NCBI RefSeq assembly: GCF_009834535.1
Contig: NC_045697.1
Location: forward strand, 37,450,001-37,514,000
Source of the DNA: Camelus ferus
Taxonomy: Eukaryota
DNA length: 64,000 bases
Direction: 5' to 3'
A program made the translations under genes and the position numbers. This document shows positions 26,576-39,538 of the stretch, piece by piece. The notes beneath the pieces were generated by a model. It worked only from the letters and a program-made list of their open reading frames with translations. It ran no database searches and was not told the DNA's origin. Each line of letters begins with the position of its first letter. Position 1 is the stretch's first letter.

Positions 26576-29082
26576 TGATGAGTATTCAAATTATTTGAAC
26601 GAATTAAATTTCAGTGATTCTTGCTTTGTAAGATGACACTGCATATTTGATTCTCTTACAACATGTACTCACTCTTTCAGTCATTTAGGTCTCTGGGAAC
26701 TTTCTAGATGTTTAGTGATACCTGATATGTTGCCTTGTTTGGATAATTCTCTGTGATGATAATGGCAATGGTGAGGAAGATGGTGATGATAGATACCATT
26801 TGTTGAATGCCTGGACCTATATTAGATGTCGTATGTCCGTTAGCATAACTGACACCATCTTTGGCCCGCACAGGTCCTCTTGTTCTTCCACTGACCCTAC
26901 CCAGGACTGTATTGTGCAGTAAATCACTTCTCTGTCGTTAAGGGCTTTGTTGCTAATAGGTATTGTTTAATAATCATTACGGCCTCTGTGCTCCTGTAGT
27001 CTCCAGACAATGGTGAAGACCTTTGTTGACATATTCCCAGTGCCCATGAGACTAGTTACTGATTCATAAATCTTGACTTAGGAATGCACTCCCTGTTTCC
27101 AAGCATGTACCCCCATGCCCGACGTGATCTATAAAATTGTTCCATTGGCCTCTCAGCAGTGTGGAGTGTAGGTGTAAATACTTTCAGATGGTTGTCCGCC
27201 CCATCCACCCTGTGAGTAGGTTGCCCTATAAGAAAGTGATCCATTGATAAAATAGAGCTGCCTGCCTCACTTTTCCATCTCAAGACACCTTCTCAGTTTG
27301 ATGGGCATTTTTCTTCATCCTCCAATAGATGTGTTACACACATTACCTTATTTAAAGCCTCAAAATAACACTAGGAGGTAAGTACGATTTATCTCCATTT
27401 AAAGGTGAGAAAACTGCCTCTGAGCGGCTCACCCCCTTCCCTGAAACCTCACAGCTATGAGCAGTGGACTTGGGAGGCAAGCTCTTGGTTTTTTGACCTC
27501 CAAGTTTTAAACAGCAATGTCGCCCTCAGCCAGCTGGTATGGGCAAGCTCCTTATTGTCCTTCTTGGGCTTTGGATGTTGTTTTAGCCATTTCCTTTCAC
27601 CTTCAAAAACACAAGAGAAGGGGAAGAAAGCAAATCAACCATTTTGTTACCTATTACCAGCTGCTCTAAACGTTAGTGAGAATGGTGGTCGAGGCTCCAG
27701 AATAATCTGTTCATTTCCTAGCTTCGTGATCTGCCTCCTCCCTTATGTACCCTGTGAACTTCCTCTTATCCTTAAAGAACATTTCCCCCTTTATATTTCT
27801 CAGAACAATTTTATTCATTCGAGCCTGGTAAGGAAAACAAAACATTGTGTTGGTAGAGGGGCTGGGGTCTGAAGTGCAGAGAGGAGCGTTAGAGAGGGAG
27901 GCCCAATCACGAATTTCAGATCAGTGAGCATGAGGGTGGAAATACCACATTTCCTTTGCTTCAACAGTTGTTATTGTTGCTTATAAATGAACAAGCTGTC
28001 ACCCATATGCCTCCTTCACTGTCGATTCCACTTTCGTTGGTTAAGTGCAGCTTTTATGATGTGAGTTCTATGAGGGGTTTAACCTCACACGGCCTCTGTC
28101 CTCAGGGTAAATGCTCCTAATTGAAATGAATGTTCTCAAGGGGCTCACCTTGGTGTCTTCGTCCATGGTTGGCTCTGAAAGTGTGTGTGCTTTTCAAGCA
28201 GGACCCTGGTGGATTTTATGAGACTGACCTTTTTCTTTGTGGTCTGTGGCTTAGCAGCTGCTCTTGTTCTGTAGCTAGTGAAAAGTGAGGCCATGCAAGA
28301 ACTCTGGCCATGGCTGTCTGTCTCAGGATGTAAACAGACATTCTAGGGCAGCTGAAAACATTTGTGTCCACACGACAGGCCACCTGACCCGAGTGCAGAA
28401 CCTCCCTTACACAGCATCATTTGCTTCTAATCAGGGTATGTTTTACTCTTGGGGAGTATGTGGTATAGAAAGCTTGTACGGGTGAACTGACTTTCTTCAC
28501 TGCTTGCATCCAAATATTCCAGTTGACATTATAATCTGATGTGAAAATGGTTTTGGTTTGGTGAGCTAATCAATCAGCAACCACTAGGAGCAGCTTTGTT
28601 GAGAGGGGATACAGAGACCTCAAACAGGTTCAGCAAAAAAGAGTGCTGTGGTCGATTAGTTATGTCTGCCTGGACATGTCCCCCCTTTTCCACAGCTACC
28701 CCAGGACTCTCTAGTCCATCACAGACCACAGTTGGGAAACCACTGAAAGTTCCCTGCAGTTTAGCAGCTTGAAATCCCATCCTACCTTGGTGTGGTTGAC
28801 TGTGACTCTTGCTGGAAGGTTTCTGGTCCTGGGGCACTTGGGGAGCATTTCCCAGCCTCCTAAAGAGAGACTCCTCTTTGAATTCATCAGGAAGATACTG
28901 GAGGAAGTCCATCTTCCTTGTCTGTAAGTTTTCCAGACTTCTCTGGCACCAAGGCTGTTATTTTTAAATTTCTTTCTAATTTGTATGTAATATACTATAG
29001 TTTTGAAATGATTTGTTCAATTCTTACTCCCCCTTAGGTAATGAATGTTAACTTTGATATAGTTCCTTCTATATCTTTCTAT

Positions 29083-29115
29083 GATATATATATACACACT
29101 TATATATACGTATAC

Positions 29116-29166
<51 letters not shown>
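29083..29166. repeat. Compound (TA)n/(CA)n microsatellite
   Basis: Interrupted TA runs followed by a CA run. Confidence 0.95.
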
Positions 29167-29199
29167 ATTCTTGTTCTTTAAAGAAATGGAATCAATCTA

Positions 29200-29846
29200 T
29201 ATTCTAAAATTTACAGTTTTTAAGTTTTTTATTTTTTATCCCAAGCTCCTAATTTATCCTTCCCCTGCCTTTCCCTTTAAGTAACTGCAAGTTTGTTTTC
29301 TATGTCTGTGAGTCTATTTCTGTTTTATAAATAAGTTTCTTTGTATCTTTTTTTAGATTCCACATTTAAGTGATATCATATGATATTTGTCTTTCTCTGT
29401 CTGACTTGCTTCACTTAGTATGATAATCTGTAGGTCCATCCACGTTGCTGCTAATGGCATTATTCATCCCTTTTTATGGCCGAGTAGTATTCCATTGTAC
29501 ATATACACCGCATCTTCTTTATCCAGTCATCTTTCGATGGACATTTAGGTTGTTTCCATGTCTTGGCTATTGTAAATAGTGCTGCTATGAACATTGGGGT
29601 GCAGGTATCTTTTTGAATTAAGATTCCCTCTGGATATACACCCAGGAGTGGGATTCCTGGATCATATGGTAACTCTATTTTTAGTTTTTTAAAGAACCTC
29701 CATACTGTCCTCCATAGAGGCTGCACCAATTTACATTCCCATCAACAGTATAAGAGGGTTCTTTTTCTCCACATTCTCACCAACATTTAATTTTTGTAGA
29801 TTTTCTGATGATGGCCATTCTGACCAGTATGAGGTGATACCTCATT
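29200..29846 (-). mobile_element. L1 fragment: ORF2 C-terminus plus 3'UTR
   Basis: Minus ORF 29460-29729 ([32 protein letters not shown]...CTPMFIAALFTIAKTWKQPKCP...MEYYSAIK) is the L1 ORF2p C-terminal region. Confidence 0.95.
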
Positions 29847-32629
29847 GTATACAACTTACATTTTTAACTTCCACTGTATCATGATTATTACTCCAGATCA
29901 CTACATGTAAATTAAACTTATAATTTCCCATAGCATGGACATACCAAAAGCCTGATGTTTCCAGATAAGAAATGTACTGCTGTTGGAAATCTGAGACCTT
30001 ATATTTTTTTAGTCCACTTCTAACAAATGTAAGGTTGGCATACATTTGTTTGGGTTAAAAACAAAGTAGGGGGAAGTATGTAATAATAGACTTTAGTCAG
30101 TTTATTAAATAAAGATGACCCCCATGAGGAAGCCAAGAGCAGTGCCAGGCAAAGGGCACGTGCTCATTAAAGGTTAATTAAATCTGAAAGTATAATATCC
30201 TTTAGTAAGTAAAAAAAGGGCTGAGAGAGTAGAAGGAATATTAGTGTGCCTGGACTGATTTTTATTCAATGTATTTTAAAAGTAAGATTATTAGCTTTTC
30301 TTAGCTGTCTAAAGGAAATTGGAAGAAAAGGAGTTATTTTCCAATCACATACATGCATCTACAGTTGCCTATGATTAAAATAAAGCCAAACCACACTAGG
30401 GTTACATTAGATATTCCCTGCTCAGATAACAATGGGTTATCACTTTCTCTTTGAACTGTTCTCCAATGATGGCAACTCCCCTACGCCCAAGAATGTCAAT
30501 CCTCAGCCCTGTTTGGGCTGATGAGTAAAGATCAGCCTGCTCTTAAACGACAACGAAAATAGCTGCACTCCAGGTACTTGTCAGGCCATATAACCTCCAC
30601 CTCCCTGACATTCAGAAGCCGTCAAAAAGCCTAGTTGATGGAAACAATGCTTATGCACAATTATCTAAAGAATAATTGGTTCATGTCTCCTCCCCTGTGA
30701 AATTCAAGTCCTATCCTTGAACATAAGACAGCCGCGTGCCCAGACGACGCTATACTGCACCATAACCCCAGAAACGCTTTTGCTGAATTGTATTTTGGGG
30801 TATTCCATCAGCTTCCACTTCAGAATAAAGAAATTGTGAAAAGAACATTATCATGATTAATGTTTGGTGTTTGGAGGCGAGAAGACCTGAATGTTAATTC
30901 CAGCTTTGCCATTTGTTAGCTTGAAGACTTTAGGTGCGTCATGTAATTTCTCAGAGCCTCAGTTGCCTCATTTGTTAAATAGAAAGAAGAAGAGCTCCCA
31001 GCTCACAGGCTAAATTAAATGTGATAATCCCTGGTAAGTGCTGGCAGTACGGTGCTCCGTGTATGTTCTTCCTGAAGCAGCCTTGGCTGAGGGTCTTGAC
31101 ATCTGAGGGTTCGACTTTCCATTTCCTACGCCTGTGACTCTCAGAGAGTCCCCTCAAATATGTCCCCGGCCTCCCTGGCAGGTCCCCACTCGCCTCGTCC
31201 CCCATTCTGGGCAAACTGAGCATGATGCCTTCTATGAACCTGGGCTTTAAAAAGACGAAGGTTACTAAAGGGAGGGGACGTTGTCTTCTGGCAACTTCTG
31301 CCGGTCGTACAAATTAAGCTTTCAACAAATTATACTGCCACATCTGAAAAAGAGTTTTTCAGCCTGGCCAGTGTTTCATGAAAGTGCACAGAATACAACT
31401 CAGGGCTTTGCTATTTGTCTAATCTGGCCATGGGCTGGTCCCAACAAGTAGAAGCGTTTCAGCTGTGGGCTCCAGAGAGCACCCTGAAAAGCACACGCTA
31501 CGCAGTACAGAGCACCGTCCTCATCACTGTTTTCAGGGGACTTGGATTTATTATAAAAGACGCAGACAGACATGATGGAGGAAACTTCTTCAGATCTGTC
31601 GAATCCCACTCAAACGCTGCTCAGTGCCGAAGTGACTTCATATGGGTCCTTAAAGCTCTGTCGGGTTGGACTCACCATCTTTGAAATGAGATGGTCATGA
31701 TATAACAGTGGTTTTCAAAATACTCAGTAAACACAAGGTTGGGAATGGGTGGGGGTTTGTGTCTCTACCCTTGGTTTAACCAGAACTACCTCACGTTTAT
31801 CTGGTTTATGTATCGGGTTAGAAGAAAGAGGTCTGCTACTCAAAGGCAGGAAAAGGTGGTAAAAACCACTAGACTGGTTGATCTCTTAAGTCCGCAATTC
31901 TGTGAATGCAGCAGCATCTGCTGAGAAGAGGTGATGACCTTTCTCTTGCATGTTGTCCCCCACCCCAGGCCTTCTCTGAGACGTGAGCAAATGATAAATG
32001 CAGCCCTGGCTGTGACTCTGAACCCAGACACGAACGGTCAGGCCTGAACCCTTCTGGGATGCACACAGCCCCTTGGGAAACGTGCATTATGTCGTAACGC
32101 CTCCTCCCCTGGCTTCAGTGATCCCTCTCCCTTGCTTTATTCCCAACCCCACCCCCCATCAACTCCTAGTCTTGCTTTGGGTTCCACAGGTTTGCAGTAG
32201 ATGAATCAAGACTGGGGTGGCCAGTTGTACCCCTTCTCTCTGGGCTGCCTTAGCTGCTGCTTGGGCATTTTCCCTACTAGCTAAGTGAAGCCTACCATTC
32301 TAGAGTCTGAGGCACTACCTTCAAAGTTACAGCAGATAATGTTAATCAATCCTTTAATGCTAATTATCCAACATTTTCCAAGGACCTGCTCTGTATGAGG
32401 CACAGGACTGGGTGCCAGATTTACAGTGATCAACAAGACAGAGATGGTGCCTTCCAGAAACGTCCAGGTTCCTGGGGGAGGCTGGGCATATGTGCACCAC
32501 TTAATACAATGGGATTGGGGTACACACAGTGACTCAGGAGCACAGAGAAAGGAAGAGTCCTCTTTGCCTGGGGAATTGGAAGAGATATTACGGTGCTTGG
32601 AATAGACAACAAATATTTATTGAATGTTT

Positions 32630-32840
32630 ATTTAACTCTGAAGCTAGACTGCTTGGAATTGAATTCCAGCTCCATCACTTTATCAGATGTGTGACTTTTG
32701 ACAAGTTATGTAACTTCTCTGTGTCTCAGTTTTCCCAACTAAAAAAAAAAAATGTGCTGACCTCACCTCACAGGGTTGCTGTGAGGATTAAGAGTTAACA
32801 CAGGTAAGGTCCTTAAAACCGTGTTTGGTGCTCAGTCAGT
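32630..32840 (+). mobile_element. MIR SINE
   Basis: TGTGACTTTTGACAAGTTATGTAACTTCTCTGTGTCTCAGTTTTC...CACAGGGTTGCTGTGAGGATTAA. Confidence 0.8.
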
Positions 32841-33049
32841 GGGTCAGTGCACTCCGTGGTCCTGCTATGACCACGGGTATTGAACAGGAGTCGGCAGTGT
32901 AAAGGACTGGAAGATAGTGTAAGGAATCCAGATGAAAAACAAGCGTTCCTTTCAGATACTCACTGAGGAAACTTGCTCTTATCAGAACTTAAAAAACAAA
33001 AAAACAAAAACAAAAACTGGTCCAGGATCCACAGTTCCCTGAATTTGCT

Positions 33050-33270
33050 GCCCTTTCCCCACCCTCACTGTCCTCTCCACCCCTCCCTCTCCTCTCCTTT
33101 CCTTTCCTCTTTCTCCTCCAGTCCTTCTCCTTTTTCCATACTCCATCCTCTTTTCCTTCCCTCTATCTTCTCGTCCTCTCTGATCCCTCCTCTCCTTCCC
33201 TCCAACTCCCTTCAGCCCTGTGAGATCTGCTCTTTCCATCCTCCCTTTCCCCCCTCCTCCTTTCCCTGTA
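33050..33270. repeat. Low-complexity polypyrimidine (CT-rich) tract
   Basis: ~220 nt of almost only C/T on the + strand. Confidence 0.85.
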
Positions 33271-34461
33271 TCCCTGGTCCTGCTCCCCCTGTGCATCCCA
33301 ACCAAGCTGGCCGTATGAACGTTTCTCCAAAGCCTGAAAAACCAGACCCTCCTCTGCTCTAGCAAGCATCATAGTAATAGGATGAAGACAGACCACAGCA
33401 AAGAAAAAAAATTTCTTTTTATATTGTTGCTTCTCAGTGAAAAGTACTGCTGCATGCCCTTTGTTGCCAACACAGCCAGGGCTCCCTTGATGACATTTGT
33501 AGCTTGGGGGCAATTGCGGTTTTTGGCCTGCTAACTTCTCACTGTCAAACACTCTAGCAGCTTTCAGGGTTTAAATGGCAGCCATCGACACAAACAGAAC
33601 CACCCCTGCTGACACCCTGAGGGGGACAAAGCCTGGATCCTCAGAAAGACAAAATTCATGAGTGTATTGCACTCAGAAATGAATGCTGAGGCCTGAAGAC
33701 TGAGGGCTGGAGCCAGGGCAGAAGGCGTCCGAGAAGTCTGGCCTGGGCCCCTCCCTCAAGGGGCCTCCATTTTCTCTATCCTGCAAATGATTCCTGCACA
33801 TTGATTGTATGCCTGGCATCATCCAGGGCCCTGGGGAGGCAGCGCTGACACAACAGAGGGGTCCCTGCTCCCCGGGGTATCTTCTAAGAAGAATAAGATA
33901 TTTTTAGATAGTTACAAGTGCAGGAAACAAAAAATAAATTAGTAAAAAGAAAAAGCTTTAAATCGCACAGTCAGGACAGTCCTTCCTAAAAGAAGCCTCG
34001 TAACAAGACAGACCCTCCACATACACTCGGGAAAGGGCGAGCGCCAAAGACTCGAGGCGGGAAGGGTTTGGAGAAAAAGCCCCTGGGGCAGGAGTGTGGG
34101 GATTGAGTGGGAAGGTGGTACATGATGAAACTGGAGAAGGAGGCAGTGGCCACACTCGTAAGGCCTTATAAGCCACGTTTGCAAGTCCCTTTGTAAGCAG
34201 CAGTAACAGAGGCGGACTGGATGATTCTATCAGAAAAGGAATTTATTGAAAGGAGCTTAGGTGGTCCACAGGATTGCCAGGGACAGATGTGGGAAAGTGA
34301 CAAGAGCAAGGGGCAGCAGCTGGACGCTGCCCTTGCCAGTGCTTGTGCCACCATCCGTGTCACTGGACACTTCCATTGGACGGGAGCCAATGCCGCTTCA
34401 GCTGCCATCCAGACAGAGCCCTGCAGGCACCGAAGCTTGATTCAAATGGTGGGTATATGGG

Positions 34462-34985
34462 GATATTAGGGTTCTCCAGAGAAACAGAACCAATAGGATG
34501 TGGGATGTATGTGTCTGACTGTCTGTCTGTCTATCTATCTATCATGTATCTAACTATCCATCTGTTCTGTTCTATTATAAAGAATTGGGTCACATACATA
34601 GAGGTTGAGAAGTTCCAAGAGCTGCAGTTGATAAGCTGGAGAACCAGGAGGGCTGATGGTATTGTAAGTTTCAGTCCAAGTCTGAAGGCAAGAGAAAACC
34701 AATGTCTTCTCCAAGACATTGCTCCAGCTCAAAGACAGGCAGAGAAAGGGAATAATTCTCCCTTTCAAATAATTCTCCCTTTCTCAGCCTATTTTTCTAA
34801 TATAGCTTTCAGGGATGGGATGAGGCCCACCTCCACTGGTGAGCGCAATCCGCTTTACTCAGTCTACAGATTCAAATGTTAATCTCATCCAGAAACGCCC
34901 TCACAGACACACCCAGAATAGTGTTTAGCCAAATAGCTGGGCATCCTATGGCCCAGTCAATTGACACATAAAGGCCACCATCACA
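34462..34985 (-). mobile_element. ERVL solo LTR (MLT2-type)
   Basis: TTAGGGTTCTCCAGAGAAACAGAACCAATAGGA ... AATGTTAATCTCATCCAGAAACGCCCTCACAGACACACCCAGAAT ... CCAGTCAATTGACACATAAA...CCATCACA. Confidence 0.9.
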
Positions 34986-35169
34986 GTGGGCAAGTACAGC
35001 CAATTGGCTAAGTGGTCAAACGCTCACTTTGGGACAAAAAAGCCTGAAAGTGATGACCTGATGCATTCTTGAGTGAAGCAGAGTCTACCACTCATCAAAA
35101 TTCAAAAGTCAAGGAATTTCCCTAAGATAGAAAGTGGGCTAGGATTCTGGATAACCAAAGAAATAACAA

Positions 35170-35720
35170 ATGTCTCTCTCTTTCATGGCAAGAGTTAGCT
35201 TTTAATTGAAGTACAGTGGGAAAACTTTAAACAGGAAGTAATATGATCTGATTTACATTTTTAAAAGGTCACCCTGGCTGCCAGATGGAGCTGGGTGGTT
35301 AGGGGGTAAGAGAGAAAACAGGAGGCTACTGTAGGAGCAAAGTTGACTAGAGCAGTATGGTTGCAGGGGAGGCGGTAAGTGATGGCTAGATTCAGGATTT
35401 AGTTTGGAGGTGAAATGAACAGGACTTCCTGATGGATTAGATGGAAGGAATTCAAGAATGGAGGTAATCAGTGTTGACTCTAGTTTTTCAATTAAAAAAA
35501 TTGGTGGATGGTGATACAAGTTATCGGGATGGTGAATCTGGGGGGAAAAGACAGAGGGAAAAAAATGAAGAATTCATCCTGGACCTGTTATTTTTGAAGT
35601 GGAAGAGATATCTATTGTCATCCAAGTGACAATGTAAAGTAGACATTTGGAGATTGCAAGACTGACTCAGGAAAGAGGTCAAAACTGGAGGTAGAAATTG
35701 GCAGGATGGGCTTCGGAGCC
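35170..35720 (-). mobile_element. L2 LINE fragment
   Basis: ATGATCTGATTTACATTTTTAAAAGGTCACCCTGGCTGC...GGATTTAGTTTGGAGGTGAAATGAACAGGACTTCCTGATGGATTAGATG. Confidence 0.75.
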
Positions 35721-35825
35721 GGATAGCTGTGCTTGGACTTTGGATTCTGCTAATACTAGTTGTGTGAACCTGAAAAAATTGCATAACGTCCTTCAGCTCC
35801 AGAATCCTCAGTTATAAAACAGGGC

Positions 35826-36000
35826 TGTATTCACTTCCTTGGGCTGCAGAAGACAAGTACCACCAGCTGGCTGGCTTAAAATCACAGAAATTATTCTCTC
35901 AAAATCATGGAGGTTAGAAGTTAAAACTCAAGGTGTAGGTAAGGCCAGGCTCCCTCTGAAGTCTCTAGGGAAGAAATCACCCTTGCCTCTTTCTGGCTTC
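35826..36000 (-). mobile_element. Truncated MLT1-type LTR
   Basis: TGTATTCACTTCCTTGGGCTGC...GGCTTAAAATCACAGAAATTATTCTCTC...GCTCCCTCTGAAGTCTCTAGGGAAGAA; homology stops abruptly near 36000. Confidence 0.75.
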
Positions 36001-36119
36001 AACATAATCTAATACAGTAATTGTTTCATTTAAGGCTCACTTTGGAACAAAAAAGCCTGAAAGTGAGTATCTGATGCATTCTTGAGTGGGAAGTAGAATC
36101 TACGACTCATCAAAATTCG

Positions 36120-38650
36120 ACTCTTTTGTGTCCTATTTAAGAAATATTTTCTTCTTCCCAGGCCTTGACAATATTTTCATATTTTATCTTCAGAAACTTT
36201 AGGATTTGGCTTTTTGCCTTGACTAGAATCCACTTGGAATCGATTACTGTATGTGGTGTGAGGTAAGAGTCAAGTAGCATTTTTTTTCCATATGGCTATT
36301 CAGTTGACTTGGCTCCATTTACTGAAAAGAGCATGCTATCCCCTCTGCTCTGCTTTGCCTCTTTTATTGTCAATAAAGCATCCATACAATTGTAGATATA
36401 GAGGGAGGGTATAGCTCAGTGGTAGAGCGTGTGCTTAGCCTGCACAATGTCCTGGGTTCAATCCCTAGTACCTCCATTAAAAATAAATAAATCTAATTAC
36501 CCACCCCCTCCCCCAAATTGTGGATATATTTCTGTGCTCTCAATTACATTCCTTTGGTTGATTTGTATATTCTTGTGCAAACATCACACAGTCTTTATTA
36601 CCCAAGCTTATAATAAGTCTAGATGTCTGGTCATCTAAATTCTCTAAGTCTGATTGTCTTTACAATTTTTCAAGGGGCTCTTCTTGACCTTTTGTATTTT
36701 CATATGAAATTTAGAATTAGCTTGCCAATTTTTAACAAAATGACCTTCGGGGATTTAGATTGACATTGCATTAAATCTATAGATCAAATCGAAGAGACTG
36801 ACATTTTTACAATATTGATCTTCTGGTTCATGAAAATTGGCATATTCTCCAATTTTTTTAGGATTTTTTTAATTTCACTCAGGAACATTTTACAATTTTC
36901 ATTACGTGGATCTTGAATGGCTTTTATTATAGTTAGTCCTAGATATTTCATTGTTTCGATGCTATTGTAAATGATATTTGAAAAAAAATTTATTTTTTAT
37001 TGTGACTGGTATATAAAAATACAATTAATCATTTATATTGATCTTATATTTAGCCACCTGACAACATGTACCTTATTATTTATAATAATTTATATGTAGA
37101 TTTCTTGGGTGTGGATACAAATCACATCATCTGTAAATACTGACAGTTTTATTCCTTGACTTCAAGTCCTTTTACCTTTTATTCCTTTTTATTATATTAT
37201 TGCATATATTATATTATATTGGCTAGGACCTCCAATATGATATTGAATAGAAGTAAGAAAACAGGCATTCTTATCTTGCTCCTGATGTCAAAGTAGTTTC
37301 TGTAGTATTTTTGTAGATACCTTTCACCAAATTAAGGAATTATAGTTCTATTTGTAGTTTGCAAGAATTTTTATTATGCATGAACTTAAATTTTGTGAAA
37401 TGCCTTTTTTGCTTCTATTCAGATAACTTATATTATTTCTTCCTTTGTTCTATTAACGTGGTAAATCGTATCTATTGATTTAAATCAACTTTGCATTCTT
37501 GGAATGAACTCAGCTTGGTCCTGGTGTATTTTCTTGCTTATATTCAACTTGCTTAAACATCTTCTTGGAATTTTGCACCTATGTTTGTGAAACACTCTGG
37601 CCTACATTGTAATGTGCTTGGTAGGATTTACTTTCAAAGTTTTGTTGGTCTAATAAAACAAATTGGGAAATGTTTCCTTTTTTTCTATTCACAGGAAGTG
37701 TTTGTTTAAGATTGATATTGCTTCTTCCTTAAGTATCTTAAACATTTGGAGGAACTCACTGATGAAGCCATCTGGAAGGTTTTTGCTGCAGAGTCAATGG
37801 CTTTAACAGAAACAGGATTGTTTAGATTTTCTGTTTATTCCAGGATCAGTTTTGGTAGGTTTTGTTTTCTAGTTATTTGTCTAATTGATCTAAATTTTAA
37901 AATTTATTTTAAAAATTGATCATAATGTCTTTTTATTATATTTTCAATATCTGCAGGATGGAAGTGGCGATCACTTTTTCATTCTTGACATTGGGTATTG
38001 TCTCTTCTTTTGTTAATCAGCTATCAAGAAGTTTGTAAAATTTTTTAGTCTTTTCAAAGATTCGATTTTAATCCTTTGTATTATATATTGTTTTTCTTTC
38101 ATTAATTTCTATTCTTATCTTTGTTATTATCTTTCTTCTACTTTCTTGAGTTTTAACTTGTTCTTCTTTTTCTAATCAAGTCACTTGCTCAGTTTCCAAA
38201 TATTTTGGTCTATTTTTCTTATTGATCTCTAGCTTAACGCTACAGTGCTCAGAGAACATACTCTATATGATTTCAAGCCTTTGAAATTTTTGAAATTTAC
38301 TTTGTAGCTCAGCATTTGGACAGATTAAACAAATATTGCACGTGCACTTAGAAAGTACAAGTATTCTACAGTTGTTGGGGATAGCATGCATACATATATA
38401 TATGTTTGTGCATATATACAGATGGCCAACTTATATCTGTTATCCATCTATATTTTTAGCTATTTACACTTAAAAATTAGATCAATTGTATCAGTAGTAT
38501 TGTTCAAATCTTTTATATCTGTATTAATATTTCTATCTGCTTTTTTATCAATAAGTAAGGAGATATGTTAAAATCTCCCACTGTGTTTGTAAATTTTTCT
38601 TTGTCCTCCTTTAGTTGCATCAGATTTTACTTTATAAATTTTGAAGGTTT
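36120..38650 (-). mobile_element. Old L1 (L1M-type) ORF2 remnant, ~2.5 kb
   Basis: Degenerate L1 antisense motifs such as GATTGACATTGCATTAAATCTATAGATCAA, GGCTAGGACCTCCAATATGATATTGAATAGAAG and GTTAAAATCTCCCACTG. Confidence 0.8.
36401..36515 (+). mobile_element. tRNA-derived SINE, Vic-1-like, nested in L1
   Basis: GAGGGAGGGTATAGCTCAGTGGTAGAGCGTGTGCTTAGC...CCTGGGTTCAATCCCTAGTACCTCC; TSD AATTGT(A/G)GATATA at 36388-36400 and 36516-36528. Confidence 0.9.
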
Positions 38651-38902
38651 GCTTTTTCTTTTGCAGGCAGTTAGAGTAGGCTTGGATAACCTTAATCCAA
38701 TGAGCTTGATTTGAAGCTGGGTCTTTGTGAGAATTAGTCTATTTCCCATTTATCCTTTGCAGTTAATATTGTGAAATATCTTTGAATCACTCATACATTA
38801 ATCCATTTAACAACTATCTCTTGCATGTCTACTATATGTTAAGCATTATAGTAAGTGCTGAATCTTCAGTATTCTTCTAGGAGTTATAAACAGAATGCAA
38901 CT

Positions 38903-39313
38903 TTTTTAAAAAACTATTTTTTACTGAAGTATAGTTGATTTACAGTGTTGTGTTAATTCAGGTTAATAGCAAAGTGATTCAGTTTTTTACATATATATAT
39001 GTATATCTACATCTTTTTCATATTCTTTCCCTTATGGTTTATTACAAAATATTAAATATAGTTCCCGGTGCTATACAGTAGGTTCTTGTTGTTTATCTTT
39101 TTTGCTAATCCCAAATTCCTAATTTATCCCCCTTCCCCTTCCCCTTAGGTAACCATAGTTTGCTTTCTATGTCTGTGAATCTATTTCTGGTTTGTAAATG
39201 AGTTCATCTGTATCACTTTTTTTTAGATTCCACATATAAGTGATATCATGTGGCATTTGTCTTTCTGTCTGATTTACTTCACTTAATATGATCATCTCTA
39301 GGCCCATCCGTGT
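38903..39313 (-). mobile_element. 5'-truncated L1 (3'UTR only)
   Basis: TGAAGTATAGTTGATTTACAGTGTTGTG...AGATTCCACATATAAGTGATATCAT; TSD CAGAAT(G/A)CAACT at 38891-38902 and 39314-39325. Confidence 0.88.
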
Positions 39314-39496
39314 CAGAATACAACTGTTTTTGAGAAGGAATCTCCAGCACCAAGGTAGGTATTTCTTATTTGTTCTCCTTATTTCTCAGAGTTTTCCATC
39401 CTACATTCTACTGCCAGATGAATTCCTATGAAGCATCTCTTTCTTCTCATCATTTACACCCACAAAAACTTGCCTTTGTTTCCTAGTGCTTGAAGA

Positions 39497-39500
<4 letters not shown>

Positions 39501-39536
<36 letters not shown>
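39501..39536. repeat. (TG)n microsatellite
   Basis: About 17 pure TG units. Confidence 0.95.

Positions 39537-39538
<2 letters not shown>

Noticed and set aside
29460..29729. ORF with real protein similarity
   Set aside because: L1 ORF2p C-terminal remnant, not a host gene.
34751..34783. 17-bp tandem duplication (AATAATTCTCCCTTTC) in the MLT2 LTR; a similar 13-bp one at ~16501-16526
   Set aside because: Ordinary slippage duplications with no sign of function.
36401..36475. tRNA-like sequence with A/B boxes
   Set aside because: It is the head of a SINE with tail and TSD (four copies in the window), not a tRNA gene.
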